Of a stretch of 12,253 nucleotides of DNA, positions 1-7,295 are shown one piece after another. The stretch covers positions 1-12,253 of the forward strand of contig JBDKUN010000063.1 in assembly GCA_039679675.1 (NCBI GenBank). The letters run 5' to 3'. The translations under genes and the position numbers were made by a program. Origin of the DNA: Armatimonadota bacterium. GTDB taxonomy: Bacteria; Armatimonadota; UBA5829; DTLH01. The notes below the pieces were generated by a model. It was not told the origin of the DNA. It saw nothing but the letters and a program-made list of their open reading frames with translations, and did not search any database. The first letter of the stretch is position 1; every line of letters starts with the position of its first letter.

Positions 1-42
1 AGAACAATTCGGATTGGGACAACTTAACTGGTTGCGGTCCAT
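1..42 (-). CDS. N-terminal fragment of a divergent ORF running off the window (MDRNQLSCPNPNCS...), possible Zn-binding protein
   Basis: CAT at 40-42 is a minus-strand ATG, preceded by SD-like GGGGGTGA (47-54). The frame is open to the window edge for 14 codons and contains CPNPNC. Confidence 0.45.
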   Translation of the reverse strand, partial: MDRNQLSCPNPNCS

Positions 43-162
43 TTTATCACCCCCAGTTACATGATTCCCAATTCTTAGGCATTAGCACTTCAAGTGGACT
101 AACGCCACTACCTGCTTTCGTGATAAAGGCTGAAAGCTGACAGCTCAAAGAAGGAGATTGTC

Positions 163-1629
163 GTGAAGAAAGGTCTAATCATAATCATGGCTCTCGTCAC
201 CGGACTTGCGGCGTTCGGTCTGTGTCCTGCGTTTGGCGCTCAACAGATACCGTCCGAGTCGTGGATGGGCGTTTATATGACCGGGCAGAAGATGGGTTAT
301 ATGCACATGACCACTGAGCGCGCGCAGTTTGAAAGCCGGGATTGCCTCAGAATCCAGAGCTTTTTCAGGATGAAGATGGTGCTGCTCGGTGCGGACGTTC
401 AGCAGGACATAAAGACTACTGTTTATACGGACGAGCACTTTGCTCCGATCTTCGAGACTTTCAATATGTCCTCCGGCGGCAGCAGCACGACAGTAGAAGC
501 CAGGTTTTCAGATAAAGAGATCAAGTGCAAGATCATAAACGCACAAAACACTTCCGAAAAAGTGGTCCCGATCCCAGATGGAGTCAGCCTCGTAGGAGAC
601 TCTATGTATGCTCTTGGTTCAGATAAGATCGAGATAGGGCAGAAGGCTAAAATGTACTTCTTCAACCCGCTGACTCTCGGTATCGAGCCTATAGCCGTAG
701 AAGTCCTCCGCCGGGAGGAAGTCGATGTCAAAGGTGTAAAATACAATGCTTTCGTGGTCAAAAACACCATGCCTAAGACCGGTGATATGACCTGCTGGCA
801 GACTGAAGATGGGAAACTTATCAAGTCCGAAGCTCTGCTGGGGCTTACGATGATCACTGAGTCCGCTGAAGAGGCTGTAGCTGGAGTCGATTCGGACTAT
901 GTCCCGCCTACTGACCTGGCTGTCCTGACTTCGGTGAAGGCAAACATCGATCTGCCCGATCCAAGGTCGACCAAGAAGCTCGTTATCAAGCTGTCCGGTA
1001 AGCTGGAACCGAAGATGGGGATATCGGACAAGAGACAGCAGGTAAAGTGGCTTGAAGAGTCAGGTGAGACCAAAACGGCGGAGTTTACGATAGATTCCGG
1101 GAGCTTTGATGCCAAGAATTCGGTGACACTGCCGGTTACCAACAGCAGTCTTTCCAAATACCTCCAGCCCACTGCGTATCTTCAGTCCGATGCGCCGGAG
1201 ATTAAGGCGAAAGCCGCAGAAATCGTCGGAAATGAGAAGTCGGCCTATAAGGCAGCTAAGAAAATCCGTGCATGGGTGTCGGCCAACATAAAACCGCAGG
1301 CAGACATCGGTATTGCAAGACCTTCGCTCGATGTGCTCAAGATGAAGGTGGGTGTCTGCCGGGACTATGCCGTAATTTTTGCCGCTCTTGCGAGGGCTGC
1401 CGGTATCCCGACAAAAGTTGTCGCCGGAATCGTATATATGAACGGAAGTTTTTATTACCACGCCTGGGTGGAGAGCTATGTCGGGGAGTGGGTAGTGTTC
1501 GACGCAACGCAGAAGACGGATTTCGTGGATGCGACTCACATCAAGTTTGCGGAAGGCGACGCCACCGACATGTTTGAGATGTCGCCGGTATTTGGCACTT
1601 TGAAGGCAGAAATAGTAAAATACCAGTAG
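163..1629 (+). CDS. Exported transglutaminase-like (TGc) domain protein
   Basis: GTG start with SD AAGGAG at 151-156. Signal-peptide-like N-terminus (MKKGLIIIMALVTGLAAFGLCPAFGA). C-terminal motifs GVCRDYA, YYHAWVE and VFDAT give a Cys399/His433/Asp447 triad typical of the transglutaminase-like core. Confidence 0.88.
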   Translation: MKKGLIIIMALVTGLAAFGLCPAFGAQQIPSESWMGVYMTGQKMGYMHMTTERAQFESRDCLRIQSFFRMKMVLLGADVQQDIKTTVYTDEHFAPIFETFNMSSGGSSTTVEARFSDKEIKCKIINAQNTSEKVVPIPDGVSLVGDSMYALGSDKIEIGQKAKMYFFNPLTLGIEPIAVEVLRREEVDVKGVKYNAFVVKNTMPKTGDMTCWQTEDGKLIKSEALLGLTMITESAEEAVAGVDSDYVPPTDLAVLTSVKANIDLPDPRSTKKLVIKLSGKLEPKMGISDKRQQVKWLEESGETKTAEFTIDSGSFDAKNSVTLPVTNSSLSKYLQPTAYLQSDAPEIKAKAAEIVGNEKSAYKAAKKIRAWVSANIKPQADIGIARPSLDVLKMKVGVCRDYAVIFAALARAAGIPTKVVAGIVYMNGSFYYHAWVESYVGEWVVFDATQKTDFVDATHIKFAEGDATDMFEMSPVFGTLKAEIVKYQ

Positions 1630-1638
1630 AGGTAATAT

Positions 1639-2010
1639 ATGGCTAGTGATTATACATGGGTCGCGTTATTTGCGATAGTCGGCGTCGGCTTTGTCATAGT
1701 GACACTGCTTGCTGCATGGATACTTCGTCCGTACAACCCGAAAGGGCAAAAGAGTAGCACTTACGAGTGTGGTGAGCGGCCAAAAGGCAGCGGCTGGGTG
1801 CAGCTTCGCCCCGGTTATTACATTTACATGCTCGTGTTCGTCATATTCGATGTCGAGGTGCTTTTTGTCCTTCCTTGGGCGCTTGCGCTGAAGCATTTCA
1901 GAGGCACAAGCCTTGCAGCGTTCGCGATTATCGATATGGTTATTTTCGTTGCTGTTCTTGCCGTCGGCTTGATCTATGCATGGAGAAAGGGAGTTTTGAA
2001 GTGGGAATAG
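1639..2010 (+). CDS. nuoA: NADH-quinone oxidoreductase subunit A
   Basis: 123 aa with three hydrophobic segments and the motifs [21 protein letters not shown] and [18 protein letters not shown] just upstream. Confidence 0.96.
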   Translation: MASDYTWVALFAIVGVGFVIVTLLAAWILRPYNPKGQKSSTYECGERPKGSGWVQLRPGYYIYMLVFVIFDVEVLFVLPWALALKHFRGTSLAAFAIIDMVIFVAVLAVGLIYAWRKGVLKWE

Positions 2011-2543
2011 AGAAAGTCGATCCGATCAAGCGGCCTATAGATATTATCGAGCCGATACCTGGCGGAGGCGTAGTGCTGACGACACTCGAAAAGGCGCTTG
2101 CGTGGTCCAGGGAATCATCTCTCTGGTATATGTTCTTCGGTCTGGCCTGCTGCGCTATCGAAATGATGGCGACAGGCGCGGCAAGATATGATTTTGACAG
2201 GTTCGGTATGATGTACCGGGCAAGTCCGCGCCAGTCGGACCTTATGTTCGTCGCCGGAACGGTGACGAAGAAAATGGCTCCAAGAATCCGCAGGCTCTAC
2301 GAGCAAATGGCCGAGCCGAGGTACGTTATCGCGATGGGTGGCTGTGCCAACTCAGGCGGGCCGTTCCATGACTCGTATGCGGTAGTAAGGGGAGTCGATC
2401 TGGTCATCCCGGTCGATATATACGTTCCCGGATGCCCGCCGAGACCTGAAGCGCTGATGTATGCCTGTCTTGAGCTTCACAAAAAGATCCAGGCCGAGTC
2501 GAACGCAAAGTCCAAATCCGCCAAATCAGAGGAGGTAGCCTAA
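2001..2543 (+). CDS. nuoB: NADH-quinone oxidoreductase subunit B (N2 4Fe-4S cluster)
   Basis: Motifs [28 protein letters not shown] and [11 protein letters not shown]. Start moved from ORF-track 1875 to the in-frame GTG at 2001, which has SD AAAGGGAG (1986-1993) and overlaps the last 10 nt of nuoA. Confidence 0.95.
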   Translation: MGIEKVDPIKRPIDIIEPIPGGGVVLTTLEKALAWSRESSLWYMFFGLACCAIEMMATGAARYDFDRFGMMYRASPRQSDLMFVAGTVTKKMAPRIRRLYEQMAEPRYVIAMGGCANSGGPFHDSYAVVRGVDLVIPVDIYVPGCPPRPEALMYACLELHKKIQAESNAKSKSAKSEEVA

Positions 2544-2546
2544 CCC

Positions 2547-4202
2547 GTGAGTGAGCTAGTTGAATCTGCGGTAAGGCAGAACTTCCCTGACGCAGTGCTG
2601 GAGTCTGATGCGGCAAATGGCGAGTTGGTGCTGAAGATTGCGCCTGAATCGCTTGTTGCCATCAGTCAGTTTTTGAAAGATCAGCCCGAACTCAGCTTCG
2701 ATTATCCTGCCAGTATAACAGGAGTCGACTGGAACGACCGGATGGAGATGCTCTATCACCTGACCTCTCTTTCTACCGGCAAGAAGGTCGTTTTGAAGAC
2801 TGACCTCGACCATGAGAACCCTGAGGTCGAGTCGGTCGTCCCTGTCTGGAAAGGCGCTGACTGGCAGGAGCGGGAGGTATACGACCTCCTCGGTGTAAGG
2901 TTCACCGGACACCCGAATCTCAAGCGAATATTGCTGCCGGAAGGGTGGGAAGGCTATCCGCTTCGGAAAGATTATGTAATTCCAGAGGATGACCGCCATT
3001 TTCTGCCGAAGGACTGGTCAGAGCTTGGGGAAGACGATCCCAAGGCTGAAGAGCCGGTATGCTACAAGACTCCCGGTGGAGAACTCGTATGCGACGAACC
3101 CGGCAGGTTGAGAACTGAAGAAATCCAGCTCAGCATGGGGCCGCAGCACCCAAGCACACACGGTGTTTTGAGGCTGGAGGTTGTGCTCGACGGTGAAATA
3201 GTCGTCGATTGCAGACCGGATGTCGGCTACCTTCACCGGGGTATAGAAAAGCTTGCCGAGATGCGGACATACATCCAGTTTATCCCGATTACGGACAGGC
3301 TCGATTATCTCTCGTCGATGCTGAATAACGCTGCTTATGTTCAGGCAATCGAAAAGCTGGGTGGCATTGAAGTTCCTGAGCGGGCGGAGTACGTCCGTGT
3401 CATTATGATGGAGCTTCAACGGATTGCGAGCCACCTTGTCTTTTTCGGGACCTTTGGGCTCGACCTTGGCGCAACTACTCCTTTCCTTTATGCATTCAGG
3501 GAGAGAGAGGATATATTGAACCTCTTCGAGATGGTCTGCGGCGCAAGACTTACTTACAACTACTTCCGTCCGGGCGGCGTGAGCCGCGATCTTCCTGCCG
3601 GGTTCGAGGCAAAATGCCGCGAATATATCCAGAAACAGCGCAAAATGCTGGCCGAGTATGATACTCTGCTTACCGAAAATGAAATATTCCTTATCAGAAC
3701 GCGTAATGTGGGGCCGATAAGCGCAAAGGACGCAATAGACTACGGCTTGAGCGGCCCGACATTGAGAGGTTCCGGTGTCGCTTATGATGTCCGCCGGTCC
3801 GAACCTTATTCGATCTACGACCGCTTCGATTTCGAAGTTGCAACATGTCCTGAGGGCGACTGCCTCGCGCGGTACAATGTCAGGATGAAGGAAATCCGCG
3901 AGAGCCTGAAGATAATAGAGCAGGCGCTTGACGGACTTCCCAAAGGCAAGCTCGAATACAAGCTGCCGCCGGTCTTCAAACTGCCGGAAGGTGAGGTGTA
4001 CCACCACATCGAGTCTTCTCGCGGCGACCTCGGTGTGTATCTAGTAAGCGACGGCAGCCCGAAACCTTACAGACTTAAGCTGAGAGCGCCGTCGTTTATC
4101 AACCTTCAGGCGCTTCCGCAGATGGTACGCGGTTGGAAGGTCGCTGATGTAATAGCCACCCTTGGTACCATCGACATAATACTGGGTGAAGTCGACCGGT
4201 AG
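2547..4202 (+). CDS. nuoCD: Fused NADH-quinone oxidoreductase subunit C/D
   Basis: N-terminal NuoC (ADWQEREVYDLLGVRFTGHPNLKRILLP...YPLRKDY) is in frame with NuoD (MGPQHPSTHGVLRL, GYLHRGIEK, DRLDY, ESSRGDLG, RAPSF, DIILGEVDR). GTG start with SD GAGGAGG upstream. Confidence 0.95.
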   Translation: MSELVESAVRQNFPDAVLESDAANGELVLKIAPESLVAISQFLKDQPELSFDYPASITGVDWNDRMEMLYHLTSLSTGKKVVLKTDLDHENPEVESVVPVWKGADWQEREVYDLLGVRFTGHPNLKRILLPEGWEGYPLRKDYVIPEDDRHFLPKDWSELGEDDPKAEEPVCYKTPGGELVCDEPGRLRTEEIQLSMGPQHPSTHGVLRLEVVLDGEIVVDCRPDVGYLHRGIEKLAEMRTYIQFIPITDRLDYLSSMLNNAAYVQAIEKLGGIEVPERAEYVRVIMMELQRIASHLVFFGTFGLDLGATTPFLYAFREREDILNLFEMVCGARLTYNYFRPGGVSRDLPAGFEAKCREYIQKQRKMLAEYDTLLTENEIFLIRTRNVGPISAKDAIDYGLSGPTLRGSGVAYDVRRSEPYSIYDRFDFEVATCPEGDCLARYNVRMKEIRESLKIIEQALDGLPKGKLEYKLPPVFKLPEGEVYHHIESSRGDLGVYLVSDGSPKPYRLKLRAPSFINLQALPQMVRGWKVADVIATLGTIDIILGEVDR

Positions 4203-4226
4203 ATCTGATATATCATTGGAGCCGAT

Positions 4227-5165
4227 ATGATAATCCGCCGTAAGCTTGGCATCATTATATTGTTAGGATGTCTCATTCTTGGCCTGGGGGTAATGCTGCA
4301 TGCGGAGAAGCCAGCTCTCAAGTTCCATATAAGGAAATGTCGCAACTGGTCGATTGGCATTATGGAAGGCCGCTCTCCTCTGGTTCTCTCGCCGGTACAG
4401 GGAGTGAAAAACCCGGTATTGACTGCCGATGATGTTACGGATGTAACGGCGGATTATCTGGCTGATCCGTTCATGATAAGAACAAAATCCGACTGGTATA
4501 TGTTCTTTGAGGTTATGAACGACCGCACGGCACGCGGAGAGATCGGCGTTGCCGACAGTAAAGACGGCCTCAATTGGAAGTACAGGCAGATAGTGTTGAC
4601 AGAGCCGTTCCACCTGTCCTATCCGTATGTGTTCAAATACGGGGAGCACTACTACATGATCCCTGAGAGCAGGGCCGGCAAGGCTGTCCGGCTTTACCGG
4701 GCGACCAACTTTCCAACCCGCTGGGAGTATGTAAAGCCGCTGGTAAAAGGTAACTTTACTGACCCGTCGATCTTCCAGTATGAGAACAAATGGTGGATGT
4801 TTGTGTGCCAGTTCAATCATACTGCCAGGCTATTTTACTCTGATCACCTGACGGGGCCGTGGGTCGAGCATCCCGAGAGCCCAATCATTCGTAATGACAC
4901 ATCAAAGGCAAGATGCGGGGGCAGGGTATTGGTTTTCGGCAACAGGATAATCAGGTTTGCGCAGAACAGCAAGCGTGCATACGGCAGCCAGCTTAGGGCT
5001 TTCCAAGTAGTGAAACTCACGACTAAAAGCTATGAAGAAAAAGAGCTGTTGGAGAGCCCGGTACTGAAGGGCAGCGGACATGGGTGGAACAAAAACGGCA
5101 TGCATCAGTTGGACGCACACCAGGTAGATGCCTACAAATGGGTAGCCTCCGTAGACGGATGGTAG
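4227..5165 (+). CDS. Glucosamine-inositolphosphorylceramide transferase (GINT1) N-terminal-like five-bladed beta-propeller protein (GH43/GH32-like fold) with N-terminal signal or anchor
   Basis: Motifs WSIGI, YLADPFM, WYMFFEV, GEIGVADSKDGLNW, EPFHLSYPYVF, YYMIPES, GPWVEHPESPI, ARCGGR and GMHQLD. Basic plus hydrophobic N-terminus; SD GGAG at 4218-4221. Confidence 0.75.
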   Translation: MIIRRKLGIIILLGCLILGLGVMLHAEKPALKFHIRKCRNWSIGIMEGRSPLVLSPVQGVKNPVLTADDVTDVTADYLADPFMIRTKSDWYMFFEVMNDRTARGEIGVADSKDGLNWKYRQIVLTEPFHLSYPYVFKYGEHYYMIPESRAGKAVRLYRATNFPTRWEYVKPLVKGNFTDPSIFQYENKWWMFVCQFNHTARLFYSDHLTGPWVEHPESPIIRNDTSKARCGGRVLVFGNRIIRFAQNSKRAYGSQLRAFQVVKLTTKSYEEKELLESPVLKGSGHGWNKNGMHQLDAHQVDAYKWVASVDGW

Positions 5166-5358
5166 TAAGTAGCAGCCAGCCAGCTTACTTTGGATTTTAT
5201 GATGCGGGAACGGAAGATATGCGAGCAGCTTTCTTATTGCTCCGAATTTAGTCCGCAGCTATTGAGACATGTTACCGCTGCGGGAATTAAATCTGTGTAA
5301 ATCAATAGATTATACACACTTGCCATTCCCGCAGTATGATTACCTCTCGTCCCGAAAT

Positions 5359-5395
5359 AACAGAAAAGGGAACAGTGGAAATCTCCACTATTCCC
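5359..5395 (-). terminator. Rho-independent terminator for the minus-strand zinc-ribbon gene
   Basis: Minus strand reads GGGAATAGTGGA-GATT-TCCACTGTTCCC followed by TTTTCTGTT, about 40 nt past the stop codon at 5434. Confidence 0.7.
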
Positions 5396-5433
5396 CTGAA
5401 TTATTATTCTACATCCTGAATCCTGACATAAGA

Positions 5434-6327
5434 TCAGAACCCGCTCAGGATGCTGCCTCCGGCGTCGGACTCTTTCCTGACATCGAACGGTTTCGATATG
5501 CCGAGTTGAGCCGACAGCTCGCCGAGTTTATTATCCGCGTTCTGCACTGATTTATCGATGCCGCCCTGCAGGTTCGGGTCTGATTTCATCTGCTGAAGTT
5601 GAGAAAGCGCCTGCTGCATACTATCCGAACTCGATATACTGATGCCGTTTATGATGGAACTCACGCGGAATATCGCCTGAGTTTCGGTCGTCAGTCCCTG
5701 TCTGTAGGCTCCCGCGAACTCAGCGCACTGAGCCGGTGCGCGGCGGGAATCGAAGGTGCGGATAAGGGTATTCCAGTTCTGTGCGTGGACTCCGATCTCT
5801 TTTTTTAGATCAGCCAATGGGTCTTTCGCGGCAGAGCTGTCATCCATCGCCCAGTCGATCATATCTTCCAGCCCTTTGGAGCTTGTCTGCATGGAAACAG
5901 CGCGGCTGGTGTCTTTCAGCAAAGCCTGCCTTTGCGACTCTATCTGCTTGACGAACTCCAGGTAATCGAGCACATCCTGTGGAGGTGCAGGCTTACCGGG
6001 TGCGGTTGTTACGGATGCACCGGGCGTGTTGGGCGCCGGAGCGTTAGTGACCGATGGACCGCCTGGTTCTCCTGCTGGTGCATTAGTGACAGATGGTCCT
6101 CCAACTGGTGATTGAGACGCATTGGTCACGCTTTTGCCGGAAAAAGCCATTTTTGCGATAAGCGCGATTATTATGACGGCAAGAAGTGCTCCGGCAATCG
6201 CGTAAGGAAGGTATGACTTGGGCTTTGCCGCGGGTTTCGCCTGCTCGTTTTCCTGAACAATCGTCCCGCATTTGGGACATACAGGTGCACCCGAGGGTAG
6301 TTCCGATGCGCATTTAGGACATATCAT
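5434..6327 (-). CDS. Zinc-ribbon single-pass membrane protein with Pro-rich repeat linker and helical C-terminal domain (hypothetical)
   Basis: CPKC-x10-CPKC at the N-terminus; TM helix AIAGALLAVIIIALIA; SVTNA-type repeats; SD GGAGG at 6335-6339. Confidence 0.8.
   Translation of the reverse strand: MICPKCASELPSGAPVCPKCGTIVQENEQAKPAAKPKSYLPYAIAGALLAVIIIALIAKMAFSGKSVTNASQSPVGGPSVTNAPAGEPGGPSVTNAPAPNTPGASVTTAPGKPAPPQDVLDYLEFVKQIESQRQALLKDTSRAVSMQTSSKGLEDMIDWAMDDSSAAKDPLADLKKEIGVHAQNWNTLIRTFDSRRAPAQCAEFAGAYRQGLTTETQAIFRVSSIINGISISSSDSMQQALSQLQQMKSDPNLQGGIDKSVQNADNKLGELSAQLGISKPFDVRKESDAGGSILSGF
5998..6132 (-). repeat. Four in-frame 13-aa (39-nt) imperfect tandem repeats
   Basis: SVTNASQSPVGGP / SVTNAPAGEPGGP / SVTNAPAPNTPGA / SVTTAP, starting at residues 66, 79, 92 and 105. 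Confidence 0.85.
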
Positions 6328-6356
6328 CTTTCTGCCTCCGTTCTCCCATTATTCGA

Positions 6357-6385
6357 AGTATAACACGGTCAATAGGGGCGGTCAA
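6357..6385 (-). promoter_or_regulatory. Sigma70-type promoter for the zinc-ribbon gene
   Basis: Minus strand TTGACC (6385-6380), 17-nt spacer, TATACT (6362-6357), with an extended -10 TG. Confidence 0.7.
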
Positions 6386-6458
6386 ACATAAAACAGCATA
6401 AAACAATTTACGTATCCCCCGCCCGATCATGGACTGCTGACAGCAAATGATTGCTCTC

Positions 6459-6487
6459 TTCTAACTTTATCCGTTTTCTGATATAAT
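6459..6487 (+). promoter_or_regulatory. Sigma70-type extended -10 promoter upstream of the recR leader
   Basis: TG-A-TATAAT at 6479-6487 (consensus extended -10); weak -35 TTCTAA at 6459-6464 with 17-nt spacing. Confidence 0.7.
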
Positions 6488-6497
6488 ATACTCGATT

Positions 6498-6614
6498 GAC
6501 GAAGAGGTCTCCCCTGAGCAAGAACAAGTAAGCTCAGGGTTGTTTGGCGTCTGGTTTTATCAGAGCCGAACCGGCCTTTCAGGACCGCTGCGTATTTGCA
6601 CGCGGCCCTTTGTC
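6498..6614 (+). ncRNA. Putative structured RNA leader (multi-stem junction) upstream of recR, family not recognised
   Basis: Closing stem GACGAAG(A)GGTC/GGCCCTTTGTC encloses hairpins CCCTGAGC/GCTCAGGG, GTTTGGC(G)TCTGG/TCAGAGCCGAAC, CGGCCT/AGG(A)CCG and TGCG/TGCA. It begins about 10 nt after the -10 box. Folded by eye only. Confidence 0.45.
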
Positions 6615-6635
6615 CTGTACAAGAGAGAAATTACG

Positions 6636-7232
6636 ATGTATTACGCAAAACCGCTTGCAAAGCTGGTGGGAGAATTCGAAAAACTCCCTGGTATTGGCCC
6701 GAAGTCTGCGCAGAGGCTTGCGTTTCATATTCTGCGGTCGCCGGAGGAAGAGACAAGGCGACTTGCGGATGCTATAAACGATGTAAAAGCGCATATCAAG
6801 CTCTGTCCGGTGTGTTTTAACTTCACGGACAAAGATACTTGCGATGTCTGCCGCGACCCGAAGCGCGACCACTCGCTGCTCTGCGTAGTAGCAGAGCCAC
6901 GCGACCTCGTGGCAATGGAAAAAACTAATGAATTCAAGGGTGTCTATCACGTTCTCGGCGGAGTTATCTCCCCTATGGACGGAATAGAGCCTGAGATGTT
7001 GAAAATACGCGAACTGACGTCCAGACTCAGCACGGATGAGATAAAGGAAGTCATCCTCGCCACCAACCCGACCATAGAAGGCGACACTACGGCCATGTAC
7101 CTGGCCAAGCTGATAAAGCCGCTCGGTATAAGGGTGACGAGGATAGCCCACGGGATGCCCGTCGGAGGCGACCTTGATTATGCCGACCAGGCAACGCTCA
7201 TCCAGGCGCTTGAGTGGCGGCGGGAGATGTAA
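6636..7232 (+). CDS. recR: Recombination mediator RecR
   Basis: HhH motif LPGIGPKSAQRLAFH; Zn finger CPVC...CDVC; Toprim motifs CVVAE, YHVLGG, EVILATNPTIEGDTTA and RIAHGMPVGGDLDYAD. Start moved to ATG 6636 (MYYAKPL), giving 198 aa. Confidence 0.97.
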   Translation: MYYAKPLAKLVGEFEKLPGIGPKSAQRLAFHILRSPEEETRRLADAINDVKAHIKLCPVCFNFTDKDTCDVCRDPKRDHSLLCVVAEPRDLVAMEKTNEFKGVYHVLGGVISPMDGIEPEMLKIRELTSRLSTDEIKEVILATNPTIEGDTTAMYLAKLIKPLGIRVTRIAHGMPVGGDLDYADQATLIQALEWRREM

Positions 7233-7295
7233 CATAAAGATAGGGAACAGGGGACAGGGAGTCTTATCCCAGACCCCAAAATAAGGAGCTAGAGA

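Noticed and set aside
82..102. CIRCE (HrcA) operator suggested by TTAGCACT
   Set aside because: The right arm and 9-nt spacer do not fit TTAGCACTC-N9-GAGTGCTAA; only a short imperfect palindrome is present.
1875..2000. ORF-track N-terminal extensions of nuoB (also recR 6540-6635 and osmC 11626-11688)
   Set aside because: The extensions are non-homologous and overlap nuoA or leader regions. Downstream starts match the family N-termini, and those of nuoB and osmC have clear SD sequences.
3018..4007. 329-aa antisense ORF, and other long shadow ORFs such as 6579-7325, 4263-4820 and 9491-10015
   Set aside because: They lie opposite well-conserved genes, show no recognisable motifs and are expected from codon bias.
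2547..4202. Group 4 [NiFe]-hydrogenase large subunit
   Set aside because: Both Ni-binding CxxC motifs are absent (DRLDYLS and DIILGEVDR instead), NuoB has the tandem CC of complex I, and nuoA is present.
5269..5550. 93-aa plus-strand ORF
   Set aside because: It crosses a terminator, overlaps the convergent gene and has no convincing SD or motifs.
6521..6534. LexA (Cheo) box upstream of recR
   Set aside because: GAAC-N4 is followed by AAGC rather than GTTC.
6498..6614. SRP RNA, lysine riboswitch or tRNA as the identity of the recR leader
   Set aside because: No SRP GGAAGGAAGCAG core. It has AGAGG and GCCGAA but is too short and lacks the long P2 and kissing-loop arms of the lysine aptamer. 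No tRNA T-loop or CCA geometry on either strand.
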